Assembly (NCBI GenBank): GCA_005240065.1
Contig: SBBG01000029.1
Span: 3,222-27,221, forward strand
Length of the DNA: 24,000 bases
Reading direction: 5' to 3'
DNA from: Gammaproteobacteria bacterium
GTDB lineage: Bacteria > Pseudomonadota > Gammaproteobacteria > Ga0077554 > Ga007554
The position numbers were made by a program, and so were the translations under genes. How positions within the stretch are numbered: position 1 is the stretch's first letter; the number at the start of each line of letters is the position of its first letter. Positions 15,806 through 24,000 of the stretch are shown here, in pieces. The notes below the pieces were generated by a model, which did not search any database, was not told where the DNA came from, and worked only from the letters and a program-made list of their open reading frames with translations.

Positions 15806-16409
15806 CGTGCCCTGTTCCGCTGCCGCTGGCCACGGCCAGCAGGGTGCGCTCCAGTTCCTCGCGCTCGGAGGTACTCAAATACGAGAGACCCAATAGCTCC
15901 AGCATGAACAATCCCTCGACCGCCAGCATGACCGTCGCGGCGCGATCGAATCGCATTCCGGGTGATCTCAGCGCCTCGAAACGCCGCTGATAGAACGCGC
16001 GCAGCGGTTTCAGCAGTGCCGGATCTTCCGCCAGCACCGCCAACAAAGCCGCGCCCATCCGCTTGTCACGTTCGTCGGCGCGAAAGGTGGCCTGTACATA
16101 GGCCGTCAGGCAAGCTTCCGGGGCGCCATCCTCCTCCGCAATGCTCTGCAAATCTGTCTCGAATCGCGCGATCAATCGTGTAAGCATTGCTTGAATGAGC
16201 GCCGCTTTGCTTGGGAAGTGATAAAGCACGCCGCCCTTGCTCAAACCGGCTGCCCGGGCTGCCGCTTCCAGCGTCAATTCGCGCCCGCCGTGCTCGATCA
16301 CGATTTCCTCGGACGCATCGAGTATGTGTTCATAGGTTTCGGTCGCCCGATCTCGTGATAGCGCCTTTGATTGAAGTCGCGGACCCGTCTTTTCTTTCTG
16401 TGATGACAT
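15798..16409 (-). CDS. TetR/AcrR-family transcriptional repressor
   Basis: The ORF is 15798..16544. I prefer the ATG at 16409, which has AGGA upstream. The HTH is TLEAAARAAGLSKGGVLYHFPSKAAL. It is translationally coupled to the SMR gene. Confidence 0.88.
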   Translation of the reverse strand: MSSQKEKTGPRLQSKALSRDRATETYEHILDASEEIVIEHGGRELTLEAAARAAGLSKGGVLYHFPSKAALIQAMLTRLIARFETDLQSIAEEDGAPEACLTAYVQATFRADERDKRMGAALLAVLAEDPALLKPLRAFYQRRFEALRSPGMRFDRAATVMLAVEGLFMLELLGLSYLSTSEREELERTLLAVASGSGTGHDV

Positions 16410-16437
16410 GCCTGGTTTCCTGTGGATGTGGCGATGA

Positions 16438-16485
16438 ACTATACCGTCCAGACGGTATAGTATTATGGTCATGATGAGCTTGCAA
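16438..16485 (-). promoter_or_regulatory. tetR-SMR promoter with an overlapping palindromic operator
   Basis: The perfect inverted repeat is actataccgtc-ca-gacggtatagt (16438-16461). On the minus strand, TTGCAA (16485-16480), a 17-nt spacer and TACTAT (16462-16457) form the promoter, so the operator overlaps the -10 and the start site. Confidence 0.7.
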
Positions 16486-16667
16486 GTGATTTCTGACGAA
16501 ACGCCGGTTTCGCTCAGCCAACAGATCCGGGGCGTGCTGCACAAGCGCTTGCAAGCGCCGAAGCACTTCGATCAGTGCGCCAGTGATCGGGAACGCCTGT
16601 GCATGAGGGCTTTGCCCGTGCGCTTGCGCTGCCTTGATGCCCGGGCGCACGGCGCATCCTATGGCGG

Positions 16668-17998
16668 CTACTTAAGCCAGCCATGGACCTGCTCAAGATC
16701 GGCCAGTGAGATCATTCCCGCAGCCTGTTTCAGGCGTAGGGTGTTGACCAAGTAGTCATAGCGTGCGCGCGACAAGTCGCGTTTGGCGCGGTACAGATCG
16801 CGTTGTGCGTTCAACACGTCAATAGTAGTACGGGTACCGGCCTCCATTCCGGCATCTGTGGTTCTCAGCGCGCTCTGACTTGACACTACTGCCTGCTTCA
16901 GTGCCCCGATGCGGCTGATGCTGGCGGCCACATTCAGGTAGCTGTCACGAACCTGACGAGAGGTGGCGCGGGTTTGCTGTTCCTGGGTTTCCTTGGCCTG
17001 ATTGAGGCGGTACTGTGCCTCGCGGATGCGCGAGTTGACGGCGCCGCCCTGGTAGAGTGGCACGCTCAGTTGCAAGCCGATGGCGCTATCCAGTGTTTCT
17101 CTGGCGCCGAAAGCGCCCCCGGAGAATTTTGTGTAGCCGTGGCTTGCCACTGCGTCCACCACCGGATAATGACCGGAGCGCTGCAGGTCGATGGTTTGGC
17201 TGGCGACTTCGGTGGCGGCTTGGGCTGATATTAGCTGAAAGTTCTGTTTGAGTGCCGTATCTACCCATTTCTCAATGTCCTGCGGATAGGGCGAGACGAG
17301 CGGAATTTCTTCGGACAGGCTGCGTAGCAACTCGGGTAGCGTGCCAGTCACCTCGCGCAATGCCTCGCGGTTGCCGGAGAGGCTATTTTGCGCATCAACT
17401 TCCTGGCTTGTCGCCAGGTCATAACGGGCCTGAGCTTCATTCACATCGGTCATGGCGACCATCCCAACATCAAAGCGCTGCCCGGTTTGCTCCAACTGAC
17501 GCCCTATCGCCTCTTTCTCGGCGCGCACAAACTCAAGGGTGTGCTGGCCGACAGCACATTGAAATACTGTTCCGCAACCCGCTGCAACAGCGCCTGCCGG
17601 GCCGCATTGTAGTCCGCCTCTGCCTGGCGTATGCGGGCATCGGCCAGATGCAGTTGCACATAATAATCGCGGTGATAAAGCGGTTGATTCAGGTCGAGGG
17701 TTACGCCTGTATTCCTGGAATAGAACGTCTGCCCCTCCAGAGAAAAACCTAAAAATCCACCACTGAGGAATTCCTGGCGATTGCGCGTCAGATTGGAACT
17801 GAGGCTGATCTGCGGCCGAAATTGGGCCAGGCTCTGATTGCGCGCCTCCTGCACCGCTTGCCACGCCGCCTCTACGGCTCTGACCTGCGGATCGGCTTTT
17901 TCCGCCAGCCTGTAAACATCCAGCAGATCCTCGGCGCCGGCGCCGGAAGCCAAGGTGAGTAACGTTACCATCATCAACAGCTTGGATTTCCTCCTCAT
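16668..17998 (-). pseudogene. tolC: TolC-family outer-membrane efflux protein, interrupted by a 1-nt frameshift near 17544-17552
   Basis: The N-terminal frame (ORF 17504..18064) runs from MRRKSKLLMMVTLLTLASGAGA to ..RVAEQYFNVLSA. The C-terminal frame (ORF 16668..17864) resumes at QHTLEFVRAEKEAIGRQLEQTGQRFDVG.. and ends ..LADLEQVHGWLK. The two frames overlap by one nucleotide at ctgtcggccagcac, which is consistent with a missing base. Confidence 0.8.
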
Positions 17999-18076
17999 CA
18001 CTAACGCACTCAATCGGGAAGCATATGGTGCATCAAAGCATGGGCGCCGCCCTGCCGCTGCCAAAGAAATTCAAAA

Positions 18077-21000
18077 TCAGCTCTCATGAGACTTCTCAGG
18101 TCGAGATACAGGCCGATACGTGGTGAGGCGTAGCAGACGCGGTTTGATCCATGCTTCGAAATCATCGAGAAAGGTATAAACGATAGGAACAAAGATCAGG
18201 CTCAATAAGGTTGAGGTGATAAGTCCCCCTATGACCGCAATAGCCATCGGCGCACGAAACGCGGTCTCGATGCCGAAGCCAATCGCGATGGGCAACATGC
18301 CGGCGATCATGGCGATTGTGGTCATGATTATAGGCCGGGCGCGCTGCGTGCCCGCTTCGATGAGGGCGCGGCGACGTGGCATGCCTTCTCGCCGTTTCTC
18401 GATCACAAAATCAATGAGAAGGATTGAGTTCTTGCCGACGATGCCCATTAACATCAGGATACCAATCACGGCTGGCAATGAAAGCGGGGTTCCCGTCATG
18501 AGCAAACCCAGCAACGCCCCTCCGACGGAGAGAGGCAATGCCACCATGATGGTCACAGGCTGGATCACATTGCCAAAAAGCAATACCAGCACAGCGAATA
18601 CCAGCAGTATGCCGAGGGCCATGGCGGTAGCGAATGAAGTGAACATTTCAGAAAAGAATTCAGCATCGCCAACCTCATGACGGCTGACGCCCTCAGGTAG
18701 CGCCTTGAGCGTAGGCAGGCTGTTGATCGCGTCCAGTGCATCGCCTAATGCAACGCCATTCAAGTTCGCCTCAAGCGTAACTTGCCGTTGATTGTCATAG
18801 CGGTTGATGGAGGCGGGACCAGAGCCGAATTCGATGTCGGCCACAGCGCCGAGCGGCACTGCACGGTCATCCCGGCCAAGCACGCGCAGGTTCGCAATCA
18901 TACCCGCATCTTTCTTTATCTCGGGATCGACTAACACCCGGATGGGAACCTGACGATTTCCGGCGTTGAATTTGGCGAGATTAACGTTGAGGTCACCGAC
19001 CGTGGCGACCCGCACAGTATCAGCGATTTGTTCGACCGTGACGCCAAGGCGTGCCATTTCATCCAGGCGCGGTTGAATACGCAGTTCCGGTCGCGGTAAA
19101 GACAGATTGGATGTGATATTCGATAGGTCTTTCAGGCCGCGCATCTCGAACTCGAGTGCGCGCGCGGTTTTTTCGAGCAGCACCGGGTCGCCGCTGGTTA
19201 GCACGATGGAGATTTCCTTCGCACCACTGTCCGCTAAAAAACTCATCCGTACATTGGGCACACGGGAAAGATCGTCTCGTATTGCGCTTTCAAATGCCTT
19301 GACGCCGAGCAACCGCCGATCTGGGGGTACCAAACGTATCGTGATAGCCGCCTGGCGTACTTCACCATCGCCGGCATCCCCAATGACTGCAAAGACGCTA
19401 CCCACTTCCTGACGTGCGCGCACGAGCGCTGTAATATCACGCACTGTCTCATCAGTATCGCGGAGAGTGCTTCCTGGTGGCAGATCAAGCCTCAAGATTG
19501 ACAATGATTTATCCTCGGGCGGAAGAAAACCCGACGCGAGCAGTGGCGCCAGCGCGAACGACCCGGCAAGGATCGCTCCACCGCCGAGAAGCACGAGCTT
19601 GCGATGGTCGAGCGCGCGGCTCAGTAAATCGCCATACCAGGTTAGCCACGCCGGCAAGGTTTCTCGCGGAACATCGGGCTTGAGGGTGCCTCTATGAATT
19701 CGATCAAGTAGCGAGGGCAAGGCGGAAATGCGCGAAAAAGCGGAGTTTACACGGAGTCTGCCGCTTCCCGGCCCCGCATTTTGAGCGTATTTCCAACGCC
19801 GCCATCGCGGCTTCAGCGGATTTATAGAGGTGCCCTTGAGAAAATAGGCGGCCAGAAGGGGGGTAATGAGTCGTGCGACAAGCAGGGAAAACAGGGCGGC
19901 CAACGCCACGGTGAGACCGAACTGAATGAAGTATTGCCCGACCACACCCTCCATGAAGCTGACAGGAATAAAAACGGCGACAATGACCGCCGTTGTGGCG
20001 ACCACTGCCAGTCCAATCTCGTCGGCAGCATCCAGTGCGGCTTCGAAGGGACGCTTGCCCATCCGCATGTGGCGTACAATATTTTCGGTTTCGACAATGG
20101 CGTCATCGACGAGAACGCCCGCTACCAGTGACAGCGCGAGCAGGCTCACCCCATTGAGGGTAAAACCCAGCCACTGCATAACGATAAAAGTCGGTATCAC
20201 CGACAATGGAATTGCAATCCCTGAGATCCACGTAGCACGCCAGTCACGCAAGAAAAAGAACACCACCACAATGGCGAGCAACGTACCTTCCACAAAGGCC
20301 CATAACGCGGATTGATAACTCGTTTTCGTGAATTCCACCAAGGATAATACTTGGGTGAATTCGATGCCGGGATGGTTGCGCTTGAGTTCCGCCAACTTGA
20401 CCTCGACTGCCTGTTCGACGCTCACTTCGCTGCTCGTCTTGGAGCGATAGAGTGCGAACGCGATCACCGGTTGATCGTTGAGGCGGGCCATTTGGCGCGG
20501 CTCGGACGCTGCATCATAGACGTGGGCCAGATCGGCAAGCCGCACGAATCGCCCATTCGGTAGCGTGATCGTAATATTTGCAAGCTCAGTGACGGTAGGA
20601 GCGCTGCCGAGAGTGCGAATCGACTGTTCGCGGTATCCAAGCTCGGTGCGGCCGCCGGGCAAATTGATGTTGAGGGCACGCAACTGTGCATTGACCTGAT
20701 TCGGCGTAATACCATAGGACAGCAGCCGATCGGGGTTGAGCTGGACGCGGATTTCACGGCCAACACCGCCTTGGCGTTGAACCTTGGCGACGCCAGAGAT
20801 CGCGAGCAGGTGACGCGTAACAACATCATCAACGAACCAGCTGAGTTCTTGTGCGACCATGGCCGGTGCTGCGACCGTATACGTGAGAATCGGACCGCCT
20901 TCGACATCAATGCGCTGTATAACGGGTTCTTCGATGCCCTTGGGCAGCAATGGACGTGTTTTATTCACAGCATCACGCACATCGGTTACGGCGCGATTGA

Positions 21001-21307
21001 TGTCGATACCCAGGCGGAATTCGATCACGGTTGCCGATATGCCGCCGCCTACCGAGGAGGTGATACGCTTGATGTTGCCCAACCCGGCTACCGAACCTTC
21101 GATGCGACGTGTAATTTGCGTTTCGATTTCAGCAGGTGCCGAGCCCGGTTGAACAACAGTTACCTGTACGATGGGGATGGCAATATTAGGCATATTGTTA
21201 ATGGGTAGCTTGAGGTAGGCGGCAACACCCAAAATGCAAAGTACGACAAAGAATACGATGGGTGGAATTGGATGGCGGATTGCCCATGACGATATACGCA
21301 GTGCCAT
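18077..21307 (-). CDS. RND-family efflux transporter permease (AcrB/HAE1-like)
   Basis: ~1076 aa with the 12-TM RND architecture. The N-terminus is MALRISSWAIRHPIPPIVFF, and TM4 carries LVAGVLVDDAIVETENI. I prefer the ATG at 21307, which has GGAGG 6 nt upstream. The track start is the GTG at 21310. Confidence 0.92.
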   Translation of the reverse strand: MALRISSWAIRHPIPPIVFFVVLCILGVAAYLKLPINNMPNIAIPIVQVTVVQPGSAPAEIETQITRRIEGSVAGLGNIKRITSSVGGGISATVIEFRLGIDINRAVTDVRDAVNKTRPLLPKGIEEPVIQRIDVEGGPILTYTVAAPAMVAQELSWFVDDVVTRHLLAISGVAKVQRQGGVGREIRVQLNPDRLLSYGITPNQVNAQLRALNINLPGGRTELGYREQSIRTLGSAPTVTELANITITLPNGRFVRLADLAHVYDAASEPRQMARLNDQPVIAFALYRSKTSSEVSVEQAVEVKLAELKRNHPGIEFTQVLSLVEFTKTSYQSALWAFVEGTLLAIVVVFFFLRDWRATWISGIAIPLSVIPTFIVMQWLGFTLNGVSLLALSLVAGVLVDDAIVETENIVRHMRMGKRPFEAALDAADEIGLAVVATTAVIVAVFIPVSFMEGVVGQYFIQFGLTVALAALFSLLVARLITPLLAAYFLKGTSINPLKPRWRRWKYAQNAGPGSGRLRVNSAFSRISALPSLLDRIHRGTLKPDVPRETLPAWLTWYGDLLSRALDHRKLVLLGGGAILAGSFALAPLLASGFLPPEDKSLSILRLDLPPGSTLRDTDETVRDITALVRARQEVGSVFAVIGDAGDGEVRQAAITIRLVPPDRRLLGVKAFESAIRDDLSRVPNVRMSFLADSGAKEISIVLTSGDPVLLEKTARALEFEMRGLKDLSNITSNLSLPRPELRIQPRLDEMARLGVTVEQIADTVRVATVGDLNVNLAKFNAGNRQVPIRVLVDPEIKKDAGMIANLRVLGRDDRAVPLGAVADIEFGSGPASINRYDNQRQVTLEANLNGVALGDALDAINSLPTLKALPEGVSRHEVGDAEFFSEMFTSFATAMALGILLVFAVLVLLFGNVIQPVTIMVALPLSVGGALLGLLMTGTPLSLPAVIGILMLMGIVGKNSILLIDFVIEKRREGMPRRRALIEAGTQRARPIIMTTIAMIAGMLPIAIGFGIETAFRAPMAIAVIGGLITSTLLSLIFVPIVYTFLDDFEAWIKPRLLRLTTYRPVSRPEKSHES

Positions 21308-21309
21308 CA

Positions 21310-22542
21310 CTAGCCTCCGGACTTTTGCGTGTTTTTAACCAGCGCATGAACCGGTTCACCGTCGCGCAGAAAGGCCATCGCTCCAGTGACGATGATTTCT
21401 CCTTCCTCGATCCCGGAAACTACTTCAACGAGATTGGCGTGACGCAAACCAAGCTCCACCGAACGCCGCCGCGCCATGTCTTTTTCAACAACAAAAACTA
21501 CAGCGTCGCGCCCTTCGAAGAGAATGGCCGCATCAGGGACGGCTATGGCCTTTATTTTTGGTAATTGGACCATGCCGCGCGAAAAACGACCTGGACGTAA
21601 AACAGAAGTATCGCCCCTGATCGAAATGCGTACACGGGCCAGGCGATCATCACGTCCAATGCGTGCCGCAAGCAAGCGCACCGTCCCTTGGCGCAGAATA
21701 TGTTCGCCGGATATTTGAATCTCCACTGCGGCACCGATGGGTATGCGTGTAAAATCGCTCTCCATTACTTCAGCTTCGAATTCTATTTCTCCCGCCTTCG
21801 CAAGCCGAAACAAAGGATCACCACCGGCTGTTACAGTGGCGCCCACACGAGCCTTCCGCTCCGTAATGAGGCCGGCGTGAGGGGCGCGCAGGGTAGACTG
21901 CGCAAGCCGGGTTACGATCTCCTGACGTTGCGCCTCCACCAGCTCCAGGTCTGCTTGAGCAGCCAGTAAGGCTTGCTGTGTGGCAGCCAGCCTGGCCTCT
22001 GCCGCCAGGTAATAAGTGCGGCGCTGATCCATCATTTCGATACTCAAGGCGCCTGCACCGCGAAGGGTATTGGCACGTTCAAAATTCTTTTTCGCGTCGT
22101 CGAATTGAGCTTTGGTTTCACGAAGAATGGCTTGTTGCTGTTGAATAACCGCGTCGGCCTTTTTTGCCGCTGCCTGGTTTTGGTGTAGCTGGGTTTGGAG
22201 CAGGTCAGTGTTTAAACGCACGAGTATTTGACCTGCCCTCACAATGTCGCCTTCTTCCACTAAAACCTGCGCGATGCGCGCCGTCTGGAGTTCGATCCCC
22301 AACGGCATTTCTTCGCGGGAAACAAGCACACCATTGACCGGTATTGCTACAGGAATCTCCCGGCGCCCGACTTGAATAGCAGTTACCGTCACGCCGGCCA
22401 TAGCGCGATTACGCGGGCTGTTTTCCATCGAAGAATCCCGTTCAAAGGCCAACCAGCCTATAACCAGAGTTGCCGCCATGAAAAAGATCACTACAGAGAC
22501 ACGATGTCGCCGGATGATGCTGATGTTCTTATGCTCAGTCAT
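21310..22542 (-). CDS. RND efflux periplasmic adaptor (membrane fusion protein, HlyD family)
   Basis: 410 aa with an N-terminal TM helix, a lipoyl/barrel-sandwich block (VEEGDIVRAGQILVRL), a coiled-coil hairpin and a beta-barrel. Its stop abuts the RND start. Confidence 0.9.
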   Translation of the reverse strand: MTEHKNISIIRRHRVSVVIFFMAATLVIGWLAFERDSSMENSPRNRAMAGVTVTAIQVGRREIPVAIPVNGVLVSREEMPLGIELQTARIAQVLVEEGDIVRAGQILVRLNTDLLQTQLHQNQAAAKKADAVIQQQQAILRETKAQFDDAKKNFERANTLRGAGALSIEMMDQRRTYYLAAEARLAATQQALLAAQADLELVEAQRQEIVTRLAQSTLRAPHAGLITERKARVGATVTAGGDPLFRLAKAGEIEFEAEVMESDFTRIPIGAAVEIQISGEHILRQGTVRLLAARIGRDDRLARVRISIRGDTSVLRPGRFSRGMVQLPKIKAIAVPDAAILFEGRDAVVFVVEKDMARRRSVELGLRHANLVEVVSGIEEGEIIVTGAMAFLRDGEPVHALVKNTQKSGG

Positions 22543-22783
22543 TTATGGCTAGTCAGCTTTGCTTGGATGATTGAATAACGGATTGATCATGAATAGGAAA
22601 TAGCGTGTTTAAGGGCGTCACCGACTTGAGCGTGATTGTGTACGTTTTGTAGGGTTTGCGTTTCCTGGTCACTTGAACACTCCACGTTTGCGCTAACGCG
22701 CTAACTCCGACAAAACAGGAAAACTCCATCTATCCGGAGATTACCAGCCCTCGCTCGCGCGTCGCATTCCCTGGTCGGCACCT

Positions 22784-22823
22784 GTATTGACACTGTACCG
22801 TCCAGACGGTATAGTGTCAATAC
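22784..22823. promoter_or_regulatory. 40-bp palindromic operator carrying back-to-back sigma70-type promoters
   Basis: The arms are gtattgacactgtaccgtc-ca-gacggtatagtgtcaatac, 19 bp each with 1 mismatch. The + strand reads TTGACA (22787-92), 17 nt, TATAGT (22810-15). The - strand reads TTGACA (22820-15), 17 nt, TACAGT (22797-92). The core 22792-22815 is 23/24 identical to 16438-16461. Confidence 0.7.
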
Positions 22824-22879
22824 CCAGAACAACCGTAAACGTAAAGGGTTATATCTATCTCCACAAAACAAAACTGCCG

Positions 22880-23042
22880 ACCCGCAAAGAAAAAGTCACT
22901 CCGCGACAGCGATCTGACACGCGTAACCTTATACTTGATGCTGCCGAAGAAATCGTACTGGGAGAACTGGTGCCGACCAGAGCGCTCGGTGGTTAGTAGG
23001 CCGTCGGAGGTATCGGCAGCCCGCACCTTCGTTCGTTGTTTT
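22880..23042 (+). pseudogene. Remnant of a second TetR-family gene: no start codon, frameshifted, truncated after the HTH
   Basis: TRKEKVTPRQRSDTRNLILDAAEEIVLGE parallels QKEKTGPR..ETYEHILDASEEIVIEH of the intact TetR at 15798..16409. After a stop at 22994-22996, the +1 frame continues with the HTH-like SEVSAARTFVRCF. I found no ATG, GTG or TTG in frame downstream of the promoter. Confidence 0.5.
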
Positions 23043-23050
23043 CTGTTGAG

Positions 23051-23642
23051 CTATGCCAGCCGTTCGAGAATGGATGTGGCACAACTCAAGCCGCCCCGCA
23101 ACGCGGCCCAGGTATCCCCCGCCGCCAGTCCGGTCACGCCATGAGACAGATATGATCCGTCGATCTGCCATGGCGCTTCATCCTGTGGCGGCGCATCCGC
23201 ATAAGGCGACAAGCGGCTGGCGCACCCGACGACGCACACGTAGTCATCCGGCGCGACAACCTTGCACCAACGGATCGCGGCGGTAAAGCCTGGAAAAATC
23301 CGCTCCAGATGCTGACCGATGTGTCGCCAGCATTCTTCGGCGATGGCAGTGCTTTCTTCTCCTTGCGGGACAAGTGGCGAAAAGCGTTATACGCCATCCT
23401 TCTGGAGGAGGCCGTCCCTCGACCAAATCGGGACAGACCAAATCAAAACTCCGTTGCACCGGCAGCCTGCCGGAAAACAAGTCGTGTAACTGTCCTTGCG
23501 CATTCGGCGCAAGGAAGGTGAGGCCGTAATACCCTATGGGTAACAGAAATGCTGCATCGAGTTGCAGGAACACGGCCATCGCCGACAAGCCTTCCGGGCA
23601 CTGAACTGCATGAGTGCGCCCATGCCGTAGAAGTTGGCGCAT
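23051..23642 (-). pseudogene. Degraded ORF of uncertain family (oxidoreductase-like?), split over two frames
   Basis: The C-terminal frame is open from 23386 to the stop at 23051 (..IAEECWRHIGQHLERIFPGF..WQIDGSYLSHGVTGLAAGDTWAALRGGLSCATSILERLA). The N-terminal part is in another frame (ORF 23244..23828) with a degenerate Rossmann-like ISIFFVGVGSLPPEIMRQLLRHG. That part overlaps the hxlR 5' end. Confidence 0.3.
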
Positions 23643-24000
23643 GATTTCCGGCGGCAGGCTGCCAACGCCCACGAAAAAAATAGATATTTTTGCAGAGAAA
23701 TGCTCTGTTGAAACCGCGATAACCATCGTGGGTGGGAAATGGAAGCTACTTATCATCGCGCTTCTTCGCGTGCGCGCACACCGGTTTGGGGAACTAAAAA
23801 AGAAAATGCCCCGCATCAGCGAGCGCATGCTGTCGCGGCAGTTGCGCGACCTGGAGCGCGACGGGGTTATCTCTCGAAAGATTTATCCTGAGATACCGCC
23901 CAAGGTGGAATATTCTTTAACCGAAAACGGCAAAGGCATGATTCCCGTCCTCGATGCGCTTGGAGAATGGGGAAGACAGCATGGCAAGCTGGCTGGATAA
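23641..24000 (+). CDS. HxlR-family winged-helix transcriptional regulator
   Basis: CSVETAITIVGGKWKLLIIALL..RFGELKKKMPRISERMLSRQLRDLERDGVISRKIYPEIPPKVEYSLTENG matches the HxlR family pattern. The track start is the GTG at 23614, and the ATG at 23641 is the alternative. The stop codon is the last three bases of the window. Confidence 0.88.
   Translation: MISGGRLPTPTKKIDIFAEKCSVETAITIVGGKWKLLIIALLRVRAHRFGELKKKMPRISERMLSRQLRDLERDGVISRKIYPEIPPKVEYSLTENGKGMIPVLDALGEWGRQHGKLAG

Noticed and set aside
16465-16755. 96-aa + ORF and 106-aa - ORF in the tetR-tolC gap
   Set aside because: Neither has a recognisable family, ribosome-binding site or coding-like composition. The region is better explained as the tetR promoter plus the tolC 3' flank, which contains an 8-bp hairpin (ccgtgcgc/gcgcacgg at 16615-16651).
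22649-22675. gtagggtttgcgtttcctggtcac in the RND leader, considered as a fourth REP-A copy
   Set aside because: It resembles only one arm, with insertions, and has no complementary partner arm. That is too weak to call.

Overview
This is a GC-rich proteobacterial chromosomal window. The gene content (homo-oligomeric Sat, glnK-amtB, speA/speE) fits a chemolithotrophic beta- or gammaproteobacterium, but the taxon cannot be determined from the sequence alone. Positions 1 to ~14.3 kb are housekeeping-like. They carry divergent speA (partial) and speE, followed by an 886-aa secreted multi-repeat surface protein. Next come two DUF4124 paralogs flanking a CDGSH iron-sulfur gene, one of them fused to a ComEA helix-hairpin-helix domain. 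A porin-glnK-amtB operon follows, with a sigma54/NtrC-type control region. The block ends with a DegP/DegQ-type protease, sat, a lipoprotein and a YugP-type zinc metallopeptidase. Positions ~14.3 to 24 kb look lower in G+C by spot counts and read as an efflux/stress island. It carries a small OM beta-barrel, an orphan ORF and a TetR-SMR pair. It also carries an MFP-RND-TolC operon whose tolC has a 1-nt frameshift, a decayed second TetR gene, a degraded ORF and hxlR. The non-coding DNA is unusually structured. There are two REP-like palindrome families (3 and 2 copies) and a ~176-bp imperfect palindrome filling one convergent-gene gap. A cluster of five perfect hairpins fills another gap. A 24-nt palindromic operator occurs twice, 6.3 kb apart. 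I saw no rRNA, tRNA, CRISPR array, transposase, integrase or recognisable defence system, and I cannot demonstrate a novel multi-gene system. The best candidates for follow-up are the hairpin cluster at 11.4-11.6 kb, the shared TetR operator with its decaying RND operon, the HAF/BNR/DUF11 surface protein, and the nitrogen-regulated porin. Most long ORFs in the supplied track that overlap the genes listed here are antisense or off-frame shadows typical of GC-rich DNA.
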